NCBI GenBank assembly: GCA_965657795.1
Contig: CBFHQJ010000014.1
Location: 923 to 64,922, forward strand
Origin: Akkermansiaceae bacterium
GTDB taxonomy: Bacteria > Verrucomicrobiota > Verrucomicrobiia > Verrucomicrobiales > Akkermansiaceae
Direction: 5' to 3'
Length of the DNA stretch: 64,000 nt
Positions 8,451-17,890 of this stretch are shown here, piece after piece (position 1 is the stretch's first letter; every line of letters begins with the position of its first letter). A program made the translations under genes and the position numbers. The notes under the pieces were generated by a model. The model did no database searches, was not told the origin of the DNA, and saw only the letters and a list, made by a program, of their open reading frames with translations.

Positions 8451-11030
8451 ATGACCCCAAGCCACCTATTCCCCGTTATTCTGGCCTTCGTCACCCTCTC
8501 GTCAATGCCCGCCCAGGAAGAAGCCAATCTCGATCAAATCGCCAAAGGACTTGGCTCTCAAGAGATGCCCGTCCGACAGGAAGCATCCGAAAAGCTCTGG
8601 AAGGCCGGCCAAAAGGCTGCCGCGACTCTCTCCAACCTGGCTGCCAGCGATGATCCCGAGATCTCACGCCGGGCCGCTCTCCTTTTAAAAAGAATCGATC
8701 TTGGTCTTAGTTCGAATACTCCAATCGAAATCCTGGACCTCCTTGATCGCTACGACCAATTGGATGCTACTGCGAGGATCAACACGCTCAAGAAGCTCGA
8801 TAAACCCGAGCTCGCCCTCACCCTTCTCAAATTATGGTCGGAGGAGAAGAGCTTTCGGGTGCGCGACGCCGTCGAGGGGGTCGTTTCAAAAGCTCTCAAT
8901 AAGGCCGTGCAATCCGCTCTTGCCGAAAATGATCACGAGAGAGCCGAAAAACTCCTCAAGAAACTACCCGATCATCCCAACGGATCGGTTTGGCTTGCAG
9001 GACTCTATGCTGCGAACGGCAAACTCGAACAGAAGATCGCCGGACTCGAAGCCGGACAGGATAAAGCCCAAAACCCGCTTCTCCTCGCCTGCTATCGCCG
9101 CGCCGGCCTCCTTGATCAAGCACTGAAGCTCGCCGGAGAAATGAACGACCTGGAATCACTGGCCAGCCTTTCGCTTCTCAAGGGCGATTACCTGCCCTAC
9201 TTCGAGTGGGCTGAAAATGCCGATAAAGCAGCTCCCCGCTCCAAAGTCATCCAAATCCTTCGCCTACAGGAAGAGGAAAAAGACGAGGAAGCTCTCGCAC
9301 TCGCTAAAGAACTTCTCGCCGTAATCGAAAAAAAACGATCCAGCTCGGACCGGGAAAGAAATTATCAAATCCTTCACCTCACCGGATTCTACGAACTTTC
9401 GATCCCATCGATGGAGAAAACGGAGTCCTCGCGACTTTACAGCCTCGATTACACCAACATGGATACCTCGAAATGGCTGAAGCGATGCGACATCCCTCTT
9501 GATGCCGGTCTCCGCGACAAATGGGTCGAAGAGCAGATCCGAAGCATCGGGAAAGGTATCGAGGTTCCATCCGAGGAGGTGCGCAAGCTCTTCTTGCTAT
9601 CCGGCCACTACTACCGTCTCGGTGAAAGAGAAGAAGCCTGGGAATTGATCACCCGCCTTAGAGACGCGAGCAAGAAGGCCGGCGGGGTCCAGTGGAGCAC
9701 CTTCAAAAAACAGAATTCCTCTTACTTTCAGTTTAGACTGAGCGTCGACGAGATTGCTCCAGACTGGGGTGAGAATGACTACCTTCAGTTACTGAATAAA
9801 TTTTATACCTCCGACGACGAGGAAAAGGCTCAGATCTGGAAAGCGCTGACCAAGGCCGGCGACCTCACTATGCGGGAACGTTTTGATCTGATCACTGATT
9901 TTTACGGCTGGAGTGATGCCCCTTATTCCAAGCGAATCACTTCCTGGAATAAGATGATCGAGTTGGGACGCAAGAACCCCGACCTCCTTGACCTCTTCCT
10001 CAAAATCGGACGTAACTTTCTTCCGGTTGAGATTGTCGTTGAAGCCATCCTCGCACGAGACGATCGATTCGAGGATCTTTCCAAGACCGAACAACGATTT
10101 ACACTCGGCCAATTCGTAGTTCTCCGCGATTGGAAACGCGCCCTTGAACTCTTTGACCGGATGGAAAATCCAGCCAAAGACCATCCAGCACTCGCCTACG
10201 GAATCCTCAGGCAGGCGGGACGACAGGAGGAAGCCGACAAAGCTCTTGCCCATGCCATCAATGACTGCGTGGTTCTCCCATCCCGTCTTGAAGAACTCTC
10301 GCAGGAACTCCAAATTGCTGGTTGCTATGAAGAAGCCCTCGCTCTCAAAAAGCGCATCACCATTGAACTCCCGCCCGGCTCCAGCGCCTGGAAACGAAAT
10401 CTCGAGTGGCTTTGGAAAGAGACCATTTCCAAGGGAGAGACAAAAAAAGCCCGTGCATTGGCGCTGGCCATCTGCGTTTCTTCTGTCGAAGGAAGTGCAT
10501 GGGGAAGCTATACCGAGCCTCTCTCGAACTTTTTGAGAATGCAGACCTGCCGGTCGCTTGACCTCGCCCGGGCCGGCAAGACCGGCGAGGCCATCGAAGC
10601 CATCGATAAAGCCATCAGACCCATTCCCGCCTCAACTTACATTGCCGACATCTTCATCGAGAACATTGACCGCACGGTCTGCCCCAAGGTTCACCAACAC
10701 GTATTTCAGTATTCCTACCGACACTACAACAAGGTCATCGCGAAACACCCGCGCTTCGTCCGTCCGCGAAATGGTCTCGCTTGGCTTTGTGCCGTTAGCG
10801 AGCTCCACCTCGAGGAAGCCGAACGCCATAGCGTTGCTTCCATTACCAACAATCCCGACGGTTCTTACTACGACACCTTGGCCCGCATTCACCGTGGCTT
10901 CGGAAACTTCGACGAAGAATTCCGGATTCAAAAGCACGCTGTCCAGTCCTCCTCTAGCAGTTACCTCGGATCGGTTTCTGAAATCCTGACAGTCTACGAT
11001 GACATTCTTAAAAGACGGGCCGGGAAATAG
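8451..11030 (+). CDS. Secreted alpha-helical repeat (HEAT-like N-terminus, TPR-like body) protein of unknown function
   Basis: 859-aa ORF with ATG start. Signal peptide MTPSHLFPVILAFVTLSSMPAQE, then a HEAT-like 'MPVRQEASEKLWKAGQKAAATLSNLAASDDPEISRRAALLLKRI'. The remainder has helical-repeat composition. Confidence 0.6.
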   Translation: MTPSHLFPVILAFVTLSSMPAQEEANLDQIAKGLGSQEMPVRQEASEKLWKAGQKAAATLSNLAASDDPEISRRAALLLKRIDLGLSSNTPIEILDLLDRYDQLDATARINTLKKLDKPELALTLLKLWSEEKSFRVRDAVEGVVSKALNKAVQSALAENDHERAEKLLKKLPDHPNGSVWLAGLYAANGKLEQKIAGLEAGQDKAQNPLLLACYRRAGLLDQALKLAGEMNDLESLASLSLLKGDYLPYFEWAENADKAAPRSKVIQILRLQEEEKDEEALALAKELLAVIEKKRSSSDRERNYQILHLTGFYELSIPSMEKTESSRLYSLDYTNMDTSKWLKRCDIPLDAGLRDKWVEEQIRSIGKGIEVPSEEVRKLFLLSGHYYRLGEREEAWELITRLRDASKKAGGVQWSTFKKQNSSYFQFRLSVDEIAPDWGENDYLQLLNKFYTSDDEEKAQIWKALTKAGDLTMRERFDLITDFYGWSDAPYSKRITSWNKMIELGRKNPDLLDLFLKIGRNFLPVEIVVEAILARDDRFEDLSKTEQRFTLGQFVVLRDWKRALELFDRMENPAKDHPALAYGILRQAGRQEEADKALAHAINDCVVLPSRLEELSQELQIAGCYEEALALKKRITIELPPGSSAWKRNLEWLWKETISKGETKKARALALAICVSSVEGSAWGSYTEPLSNFLRMQTCRSLDLARAGKTGEAIEAIDKAIRPIPASTYIADIFIENIDRTVCPKVHQHVFQYSYRHYNKVIAKHPRFVRPRNGLAWLCAVSELHLEEAERHSVASITNNPDGSYYDTLARIHRGFGNFDEEFRIQKHAVQSSSSSYLGSVSEILTVYDDILKRRAGK

Positions 11031-11048
11031 AAAGGTCGCTTTCGAACG

Positions 11049-12461
11049 CTATCGAGCGGCAGAAAGATCGCCTTGGATGGCGCGGCGGTGATAGAGGAAC
11101 TCGAAGAGGTTCCCCTCGTGCGGCTGCTCCCACTGAACGCGATTTGTCGGGAACGGCCCGATATTCAGGCGCTCGATATCGGGGCTCAGCATGAGATCCT
11201 GAATCCAATCTTTATTCTCGGTAAAGGCGCTCACCACAAGAGTTTCGCCGATGTTCGCCAGCATTTCAGATTGGGGCATTTCTACGATACTCGCGTAAGG
11301 GAACATGAATTCGGTGTTTGCCAGAGCGTGATCCTTGTCATCACAAGCGATCAAGGTCGGGCAGAGATAGGTCTGGTCAAAGGCTTCCACTTTCCGTCCC
11401 TCGGCACGATGTCCCGCAGTAACATCCCGAGCGCCCTCGTCTTCCAACAGACCTTCAATCATCCCGTCAATCCCATCGGCAAGCGCGGTGTTCGCGAAGC
11501 CGCAAAGCAGTGCATTTGAGTCATCGCGGGCCAGTGGCTTGATCTCCGCGAGTTTTGCAGCCAGCGCTTCCGCGATTTCATCGCGATGTGAAGGGACGAG
11601 GATCGCCGACGTGTTGATGCAACTCCGCCCACCGTTTGCAGAAATGGAAGTGACCAGCACATCAATGAATTCTTCCCAACGATCAATATAATCTTCGCCA
11701 ATCAAAATCTTGGAGCGTCCTGTGCCGTGAACCTGGATGCTCTTGAACGGCGCATACTTCTTCACCGTGACATCAGACCCGAAAGAAATTCCCGCGCCAC
11801 ATGAAGTCAGCAAGGTATCACCACCCTCGTGCGTGGTTGGATAGTAGCCAAAGGCCTCCTTTGGAAAACCCGCCTGAATCATGGCCTGCACGATTCGCAG
11901 CGGCGTAAATGGATCTTCACGTCCCGGCTTCAAAAGAACCGGGATTTTCATCACCAAAGCCGGAAGCCAAAGTGAATTCACCGCCGGAGCATTACTGGGA
12001 AGCGACACTCCGAGTGAACTTGTCGCCGGATAGTAATTCACTTCAAGTCCACCCACCGAGGTGATCCCTTTGTCAAAAATCTCCAATGGCATGCCCCGCG
12101 TGAGCCCACCGATCACAGTCCGGATCTGTGACATCGCAGCATGAATCTTCCCCATATTCATCCGCACCAAAGTGTGTGGAAGACGAGTCAGAGCAGAAAG
12201 CGACTCCACGTAATCATCAGGCCCCTGGGTCGAATCGCCGCAAGGCAATTCGGCATTCATGAAGAGCTCGGCCGCCTTCTCGCAATAGTCAGCAAGTGTC
12301 TCAGCCGGAATGGCATCAAGCGCAGCCTTGGCTTGGTCGATCTTCAAAAGATCGCGACGAATCAAACCAGGGTTCGCAGTGTGCGTGGTCAGATTTTCGT
12401 TTAACTCGACAAGGTCGGCAGACTCATAAGTCTCGCCAAGGCGTAAGATGGGAATTTGCAT
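11049..12461 (-). CDS. Divergent aldehyde dehydrogenase superfamily protein (acyl-CoA reductase / LuxC-like)
   Basis: 'ANGGRSCINTSAILV' corresponds to the ALDH catalytic-Cys segment (nsGQxCxaxxRxxV). The usual ELGG segment reads 'VHGTGRSKILI', so the Glu is absent. ATG at 12461 is preferred over the TTG at 12503. Confidence 0.6.
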   Translation of the reverse strand: MQIPILRLGETYESADLVELNENLTTHTANPGLIRRDLLKIDQAKAALDAIPAETLADYCEKAAELFMNAELPCGDSTQGPDDYVESLSALTRLPHTLVRMNMGKIHAAMSQIRTVIGGLTRGMPLEIFDKGITSVGGLEVNYYPATSSLGVSLPSNAPAVNSLWLPALVMKIPVLLKPGREDPFTPLRIVQAMIQAGFPKEAFGYYPTTHEGGDTLLTSCGAGISFGSDVTVKKYAPFKSIQVHGTGRSKILIGEDYIDRWEEFIDVLVTSISANGGRSCINTSAILVPSHRDEIAEALAAKLAEIKPLARDDSNALLCGFANTALADGIDGMIEGLLEDEGARDVTAGHRAEGRKVEAFDQTYLCPTLIACDDKDHALANTEFMFPYASIVEMPQSEMLANIGETLVVSAFTENKDWIQDLMLSPDIERLNIGPFPTNRVQWEQPHEGNLFEFLYHRRAIQGDLSAAR

Positions 12462-12648
12462 GGTGGTGGGTGGTGAAGCGTTTTGGTTGAGGAAAATTGG
12501 CAATTGGCTTTGAGCGATTGGCTCCTAGCCTTTTTGAGGGATTTGGATTATGGAGTTTAACATAATGTTGTGATCGGGAAACACAGAGCTTACCAAGCTG
12601 TATTTATTGTCAGAGCGAATAGACAACTCCGCACACCTTAACGTCTTA

Positions 12649-13719
12649 TTAGTAAACTCCTTCAATCACGGCCTTGGTCCCGCTTTGGAACGGACGGACA
12701 TCACCGACTCCATCCCATGGAAATTCATCACACTCGGGACGGCGAATCGCTTCGTCACGCTCAAGGAATCTTGGCACGAAAAACTCCTTCGTCATCGTCG
12801 TCAATTCAACGCGACCATACTCGCCGTAATCAACGACCTTGGTGGAATCCTTGGGATTAACCACCCGAAGAATCGCGCGCGGCTGCGGCGCGTAGTAAGT
12901 CAGCGAATACTCGCCGGGCTCGCGCCTCTTGGAAATTGCAAGGCCCATCAAAGTATTACCATAAGTGGGCGCGTAATTGATCTTACCTTCGAGAACTTCC
13001 TCCTGAATGAATTTCACATACTGGGGGGTCATCGTCGTTCCTCCTGCGAAAACTCCACGAATTCCAGCATCGGCGAGCGACATTCTCAGGGAAAGGCTCT
13101 CGAGCAAACGAGGCGTCGTAAAAATGCACTTGATGTCACGATGGCGAATGATCGTCACCGCTTGGTCGATCACGTGCTCTTGGTAGGCCTTGGCCATCTG
13201 CATCTCGCCCATCCCGATCAGGCGCTTCACCCAGCGGGGGTCGAGGTCGATAAAATAACACGCTCCACCACGAATATTCGCAAGGTGTTCAATTGCCATG
13301 CGCAAACGACGCGGACCCGTCGGCCCCACCATCAGCCAGTTGGCCCCTTGCGGGAAAAAGTCAGGACCGTAGTGCTCGGAAAACTCGGTATAGTCCGTTT
13401 TGTAGTCTTCCCAACCAATCCGCTGCTTGGGCATTCCGGTCGTTCCACCGGTCTCGAAAACATTATACGGGCGGCCTTCGAAGGCCTTCGGGATAAACTT
13501 GGCTGGATCTTCCTTGCGAAGGACCTCGTCGTCGAAATTGTCGAAATGCAGCATGTCTGCAAAGGTCTGCACCTTCTCCCGGGGATCCCAACCGGCCTCT
13601 TTGGCCCAGTCCAGCCAATAGGGGCAGCCGGTTTCGGGTGAAAAGTGCCAGTTGATCATCTCCTTGGTATGGGAATCAACTTGCGCGCGGGCTTCTTCAA
13701 CGGTCAGGGAGGAACTCAT
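12649..13719 (-). CDS. ANL-superfamily adenylate-forming enzyme (PaaK / coenzyme F390 synthetase / LuxE-like)
   Basis: 'FETGGTTGMPKQR' is a P-loop-like AMP-binding motif and 'APTYGNTLMG' is the second ANL core motif. 356 aa, ATG start at 13719, upstream of and co-oriented with the ALDH-like gene. Confidence 0.6.
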   Translation of the reverse strand: MSSSLTVEEARAQVDSHTKEMINWHFSPETGCPYWLDWAKEAGWDPREKVQTFADMLHFDNFDDEVLRKEDPAKFIPKAFEGRPYNVFETGGTTGMPKQRIGWEDYKTDYTEFSEHYGPDFFPQGANWLMVGPTGPRRLRMAIEHLANIRGGACYFIDLDPRWVKRLIGMGEMQMAKAYQEHVIDQAVTIIRHRDIKCIFTTPRLLESLSLRMSLADAGIRGVFAGGTTMTPQYVKFIQEEVLEGKINYAPTYGNTLMGLAISKRREPGEYSLTYYAPQPRAILRVVNPKDSTKVVDYGEYGRVELTTMTKEFFVPRFLERDEAIRRPECDEFPWDGVGDVRPFQSGTKAVIEGVY

Positions 13720-13803
13720 GATCAGTGGCTAAAAATATTCGGTCACCAGAAGTAACCTACCAGTGAAAACCCGCAAGAAGGAGTTTTTTAAACCTTACAA
13801 AAA

Positions 13804-14154
13804 CTAGCTCCAACGGCAAACCTGCTCGCTCATCGGCGTCTCCAGCCACCCGTTCCCGGAATTGCGCCTCTTCCATGAATTCACCGCCAAAACGGCCGCT
13901 CCCATGATGCAAACCCCTGTCACAATTAAAACAAAACGCCAATTCGCCCGATCCACGTTTCCGACCCAGAGATCCACCAAAGTTGCCATCACTGCTCCGG
14001 CAAGAAAGAACAAAGCAGGGTGGGAATGTCGGGTCTCGCTATTCCATCTGGGAAGCCCGTAGATCAAAACTTCCGCGCCCGCCCAAAAGCGAAAAGGAAG
14101 GATTAATGCCACAAAAACCAACACCCGCTCCCGTGAGAAATTCCAACACGCCAT
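13804..14154 (-). CDS. Small membrane protein (about 3 TM segments), hypothetical
   Basis: This is the internal-Met version of ORF 13804..14472, starting just after the MATE stop. Hydrophobic stretches: VLVFVALILPFRFWAGAEVLIYGL, ALFFLAGAVMATLVDLWVG, FVLIVTGVCIMGAAVLAV. Confidence 0.35.
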   Translation of the reverse strand: MACWNFSRERVLVFVALILPFRFWAGAEVLIYGLPRWNSETRHSHPALFFLAGAVMATLVDLWVGNVDRANWRFVLIVTGVCIMGAAVLAVNSWKRRNSGNGWLETPMSEQVCRWS

Positions 14155-14219
14155 TGCCCCATTGACCCATGCCTGAACATGCGGGTCCGCAAATCGAATC
14201 CTCCTCCTGCCGGACACCT

Positions 14220-15542
14220 TTAGGAGGTCATCTTCCATGCCCTCCGGCCCAAAAGCCAGGCAGCCGTAATCAGCCCGGCACTCAGGCCCCACCAGACTCC
14301 CGCCGACCCCAAACCTTGCCCGAATGCAAGAAAGATCCCAAACGGCACTCCGATCAGCCAGTGTGCAGAGAACATGATCAGGGCCGGTATTTTCACATCG
14401 TCCATTCCCCGCAGAACTCCGGATGACAAGATCTGCGAGTGATCCGCCACCTGGAAAATCGCCGCAATCCAAAGCAGTCCCACCACGATCCTCATCGGCT
14501 CCACTTCATCCACAAAGGCCGAGGCCAAAGCTTCATCGAAAATCAAAAAGACCCCCACAAAAACCAAGGAGACCGTCAACCCCGTCAACCAACCGCTGAG
14601 AACAATCGGTCTCATTCGCTCGGGCCTTCCCGCGCCCTTCGCCTCTCCGATCTGCACGGTAAGCGCCATCGACAAACCCAGAGGCACCATGAAGGTTGTT
14701 GCGACACACATGATCGCCACCTGATGAGCCGCCAAGGCCGCCGCCCCAAAACTCCCGATCAAAAGCGCCGCCATCACAAAAGCACTGATCTCGGCCGACA
14801 CCTGCAAACTGGCCGGCCACGCAATCTTCCAAAACTCCGCAAGTTCCTTCCGGTCCGGCATCAAAAACCAACGATGCGGCGACCAAGCTTTTAGGTCCGG
14901 ACTAAACCGACACCAAAGCATCACCCCCATCATTGTTGCCACCCTCGCCAGTAAAGTCGCCAAACCAGCCCCCTCCAATTCCATTCTCGGCGCTCCCCAA
15001 TTCCCCTCAATGAACAACCAGTTTAAAAACACGTTCAAAAAGACCCCTGCCAAAACAATCCAAAACACCGGCCAAGGTTTCGCCATCCCGTCCGAGTGAT
15101 TTCGCACCGCCATCGTAATGATCGCCGGCGTCATGGAAGCACTCACCAAGAGGTAAAATCCCGGCAAACGATCCACTACTTCCGGATCCTGCCCCAGAAA
15201 AGAAATGAGCGGAAGACTTAGCCAGCTCAGGACAAAAGTCGCCACTCCCAGCACCAGGCTCAGCAAAAATCCATCCCGTAAAGCTGCCTTGGCCTGCTGT
15301 TGATCTTCCGCTCCACGCGCTTGCGACACCTTCACCGAAACCGCGATCGCAATCCCGATCCCCAACATCAAGGGCAGGTGCAAAATCGAATGCGCCAGCG
15401 TCGATGCCGCCAGCTCCACCGTCCCGATTTTCCCAATCATGTAGGTATCCACCAGCCCCATCAGCATTTGGCTGACCTGGCCGGCCATCAAAGGCAGGGC
15501 GAGGATCAAGGTCGTCCGCCCCTCGCGAACGATAGAACTCAT
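14220..15542 (-). CDS. MATE family efflux transporter
   Basis: ~440 aa with 12-TM composition. The N-terminus 'LILALPLMAGQVSQMLMGLVDTYMIGKIGTVELAA' is the typical MATE opening. Start is ATG at 15542 or GTG at 15545. Confidence 0.85.
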   Translation of the reverse strand: MSSIVREGRTTLILALPLMAGQVSQMLMGLVDTYMIGKIGTVELAASTLAHSILHLPLMLGIGIAIAVSVKVSQARGAEDQQQAKAALRDGFLLSLVLGVATFVLSWLSLPLISFLGQDPEVVDRLPGFYLLVSASMTPAIITMAVRNHSDGMAKPWPVFWIVLAGVFLNVFLNWLFIEGNWGAPRMELEGAGLATLLARVATMMGVMLWCRFSPDLKAWSPHRWFLMPDRKELAEFWKIAWPASLQVSAEISAFVMAALLIGSFGAAALAAHQVAIMCVATTFMVPLGLSMALTVQIGEAKGAGRPERMRPIVLSGWLTGLTVSLVFVGVFLIFDEALASAFVDEVEPMRIVVGLLWIAAIFQVADHSQILSSGVLRGMDDVKIPALIMFSAHWLIGVPFGIFLAFGQGLGSAGVWWGLSAGLITAAWLLGRRAWKMTS

Positions 15543-15572
15543 CACGCGGTCATATCCAAAGAACGCAAAAGC

Positions 15573-16484
15573 TCAAGATTGAACCAAGGCTTCCGCGCGC
15601 GCTTGTTTCCGCTTCCACCACATCAGCCACAAAAGCCAAAACGGAATCGCCCAATGAGAAGTCCGCACCGCCGCCTCCACCATCCAGGGATCCATCGCGT
15701 TGTATGGAAGAGTCTCATCATAATAGGCCAGAATGCGTGCCAGAGCCGTCGCCCCGCCCCAGCAGAACATGTAAAAAAGCGCCATCCACCGGGTCCACGG
15801 CAAAATCAAAAACGGCACGACCACAAAATCGAGCCACCCCATGACCTCTAAAAATTGGAAACTCCCCTCCTCCGAAAGCCCTAAAATTTCCATGGTCATC
15901 ATTTGAAAGTGCAGCGGGACATTGTAATAACCCATTGCATAAAGTCCGTGGCCCACGAAGGTCATCGCCGCCGCGATCATCAACAGCCATCGCACGATGG
16001 CGTCGCGCTTTGGAGCGACCAGAGACTTTCGGCCAAGGTAGATCAAAAGAGCAATCGGAGCCATCATTTGAAGAACATGCTCCATTGCCATGCCCGCTTG
16101 CATATCCTTCCCCACCCATCTCGAAAAACTATCGAGAATCAAGATCAGGATTGCTGGAATGAGGAACCACCGCAGCCAACGGACGCGGGAAAAACCGGCC
16201 AGCCAAGGAATAAAAGCCGAAACAATGAGAAACCTCCCCATCATCTCCAGGCTGGGGGTAATCCATTGATCGGAGGTCCGGGCAAAGTGACTCCAGGTCA
16301 TGTCGTACTTTGCGAGCACAGGGGTCCACCACTTCTCCTGCCAAATGAGTTCACGGATCGGGCTGTCCCAACGCCAGGTCAACCAGCCCCGGGCCAGAAA
16401 AGTGAAACTGACAATGACCTGAAGGATTCCCAGATTGCAGCAATCAAGCCAGGTCGCCTTCTCCTCACTTTCCGCCGATTCCAT
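15573..16484 (-). CDS. Polytopic membrane protein, unknown function
   Basis: 303-aa ORF with ATG start, Trp-rich, about 8 hydrophobic segments. It is packed tightly between the phosphoesterase gene (8-nt gap) and the MATE gene. Confidence 0.5.
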   Translation of the reverse strand: MESAESEEKATWLDCCNLGILQVIVSFTFLARGWLTWRWDSPIRELIWQEKWWTPVLAKYDMTWSHFARTSDQWITPSLEMMGRFLIVSAFIPWLAGFSRVRWLRWFLIPAILILILDSFSRWVGKDMQAGMAMEHVLQMMAPIALLIYLGRKSLVAPKRDAIVRWLLMIAAAMTFVGHGLYAMGYYNVPLHFQMMTMEILGLSEEGSFQFLEVMGWLDFVVVPFLILPWTRWMALFYMFCWGGATALARILAYYDETLPYNAMDPWMVEAAVRTSHWAIPFWLLWLMWWKRKQARAEALVQS

Positions 16485-16492
16485 CCGCTCGA

Positions 16493-17788
16493 TTAGTCCG
16501 CTGGAATTTCAAGAACCTCGTCGTCTCCGCTTGGAGCCCAAAGTTTCAGTCCCTCGGGATTTTCATAGGGGTTTTCAAGATCGATTTCACCAACGCGAGA
16601 CACATTCTCAACTTTCACCGTCTTATCAAAAATGGCATCGGGTGTGACATAAAGCCAATCAAAGCCGTTGAAAGCAGCCGCGCCCACCGTCCAGGAATAC
16701 TTCACATCAGCCCGTCGGAGCGGAGCACCCCAGCAACCTTCGCCAAGATAAACCGTCGCCTTTGGATCATTCGGAGCCGCCTTGAATCCTCCGTCACTGG
16801 AGCTGTCGGGCTTCACCGGAACAGTCCGCTTCATCACGTGAGAATCCGATTCCAAAACAACGTCAAAGCCCTCTTCGTAAAATGTGTCGGCCCATTTGTA
16901 AGGATTCCGCCCGAGTGGTTTCCCGCTGGTATGCGGGCGCATCGGCTTGTGGTAGCCAGCCGCCAAATGGGTCACCCCTTTGCCGTTCTTCTTTAAATCA
17001 GACCGCAACCACGCTCCCTGCGCACCATCGGCAGGGATCTGGCTATTCAAAACGTAATAGCGAAAAAGATTATCCCCGATATTGAAAGCCCCGTAGGTGT
17101 CAGCGGGTGTTCCAAAATGATTCGGAATACTCTCCGGCCGTGCCTCGTGATTCCCGCGATGAGGGACAATGGGGAGCAGCCGTCCTTTTTCACCAATCGT
17201 CAGCTGCCAATCATCCAGCCAGTCATTCCACTCCACTGGATTGTCGTGATTAATCATGTCCCCGGTGAAGGCCACGAAAAGTGGTGAGAGCTTTTTGCAC
17301 ATCATGTTGGCAGCCTGCCGAATGTCCCGAAAGTTCCGCGAATCTCCTCCGCAAATGAAAGTGAAGGGCTTCGGCTGATCCGGAGCCGTCCGAAAGTAGA
17401 ACAGCCGGCTCACCCCCGCTTCATCACCCAGGCACATGAAATACCAGCTATCTGGTTTAAGATTTTCGAGAGTCACCATGCAGTTTCTCATTCCGTCATA
17501 CTCAACGACTCGATCCACCTTCTTCCGGTTCGAATATTTGATGGTATTGCGACCTTCGTTTTTGAGACCGTAATAAAGAGTGGCCGGATCTCCCTCCAAT
17601 TGGTTCCAGACGAAGGTCGCAGTCGTCGTCGGATCCTCGAACCAAACCAAACGGTATTTTTCGGTTTCCGAAGTATTCGCGTTCGGCGAATCAGCTTGCG
17701 CCCATGAACAAATAATCGAACCGACAAAAGCAGCCAGAGCAACCGCAAGTCCGTGCGGATGGTTGAAAGAGAATTTCCTAAAAGTCAT
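16493..17788 (-). CDS. Secreted metallophosphoesterase, purple-acid-phosphatase-like
   Basis: Signal peptide, then metallophosphatase motifs in order: 'ICGGDSRNF', 'FTGDMINHDN', 'HRGNHE', 'AAGYHKP', 'LESDSHVMKR'. ATG at 17788 is preferred over the TTG at 17821. Confidence 0.75.
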   Translation of the reverse strand: MTFRKFSFNHPHGLAVALAAFVGSIICSWAQADSPNANTSETEKYRLVWFEDPTTTATFVWNQLEGDPATLYYGLKNEGRNTIKYSNRKKVDRVVEYDGMRNCMVTLENLKPDSWYFMCLGDEAGVSRLFYFRTAPDQPKPFTFICGGDSRNFRDIRQAANMMCKKLSPLFVAFTGDMINHDNPVEWNDWLDDWQLTIGEKGRLLPIVPHRGNHEARPESIPNHFGTPADTYGAFNIGDNLFRYYVLNSQIPADGAQGAWLRSDLKKNGKGVTHLAAGYHKPMRPHTSGKPLGRNPYKWADTFYEEGFDVVLESDSHVMKRTVPVKPDSSSDGGFKAAPNDPKATVYLGEGCWGAPLRRADVKYSWTVGAAAFNGFDWLYVTPDAIFDKTVKVENVSRVGEIDLENPYENPEGLKLWAPSGDDEVLEIPAD

Positions 17789-17890
17789 TCCCAAGTAGAG
17801 ATTCGAAAATCCCGATTTCAACCCTAAAAAGCCACTAGGTCAAAAACCCCAAGATTGCTTCCCTTTTTCATCTCTCTACTCTCTCGCCCG

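Noticed and set aside
12607-13641. A 344-aa plus-strand ORF opposite the adenylating-enzyme gene.
   Set aside because: It is antisense to a CDS with clear ANL motifs, and its sequence has no recognisable motifs and an Arg/Gly/Leu-rich shadow composition.
14155-14472. The long version of ORF 13804..14472 (222 aa).
   Set aside because: Its N-terminal 106 codons overlap the 3' end of the MATE gene in another frame. Only the part after the MATE stop (from Met at 14154) looks like a membrane protein.
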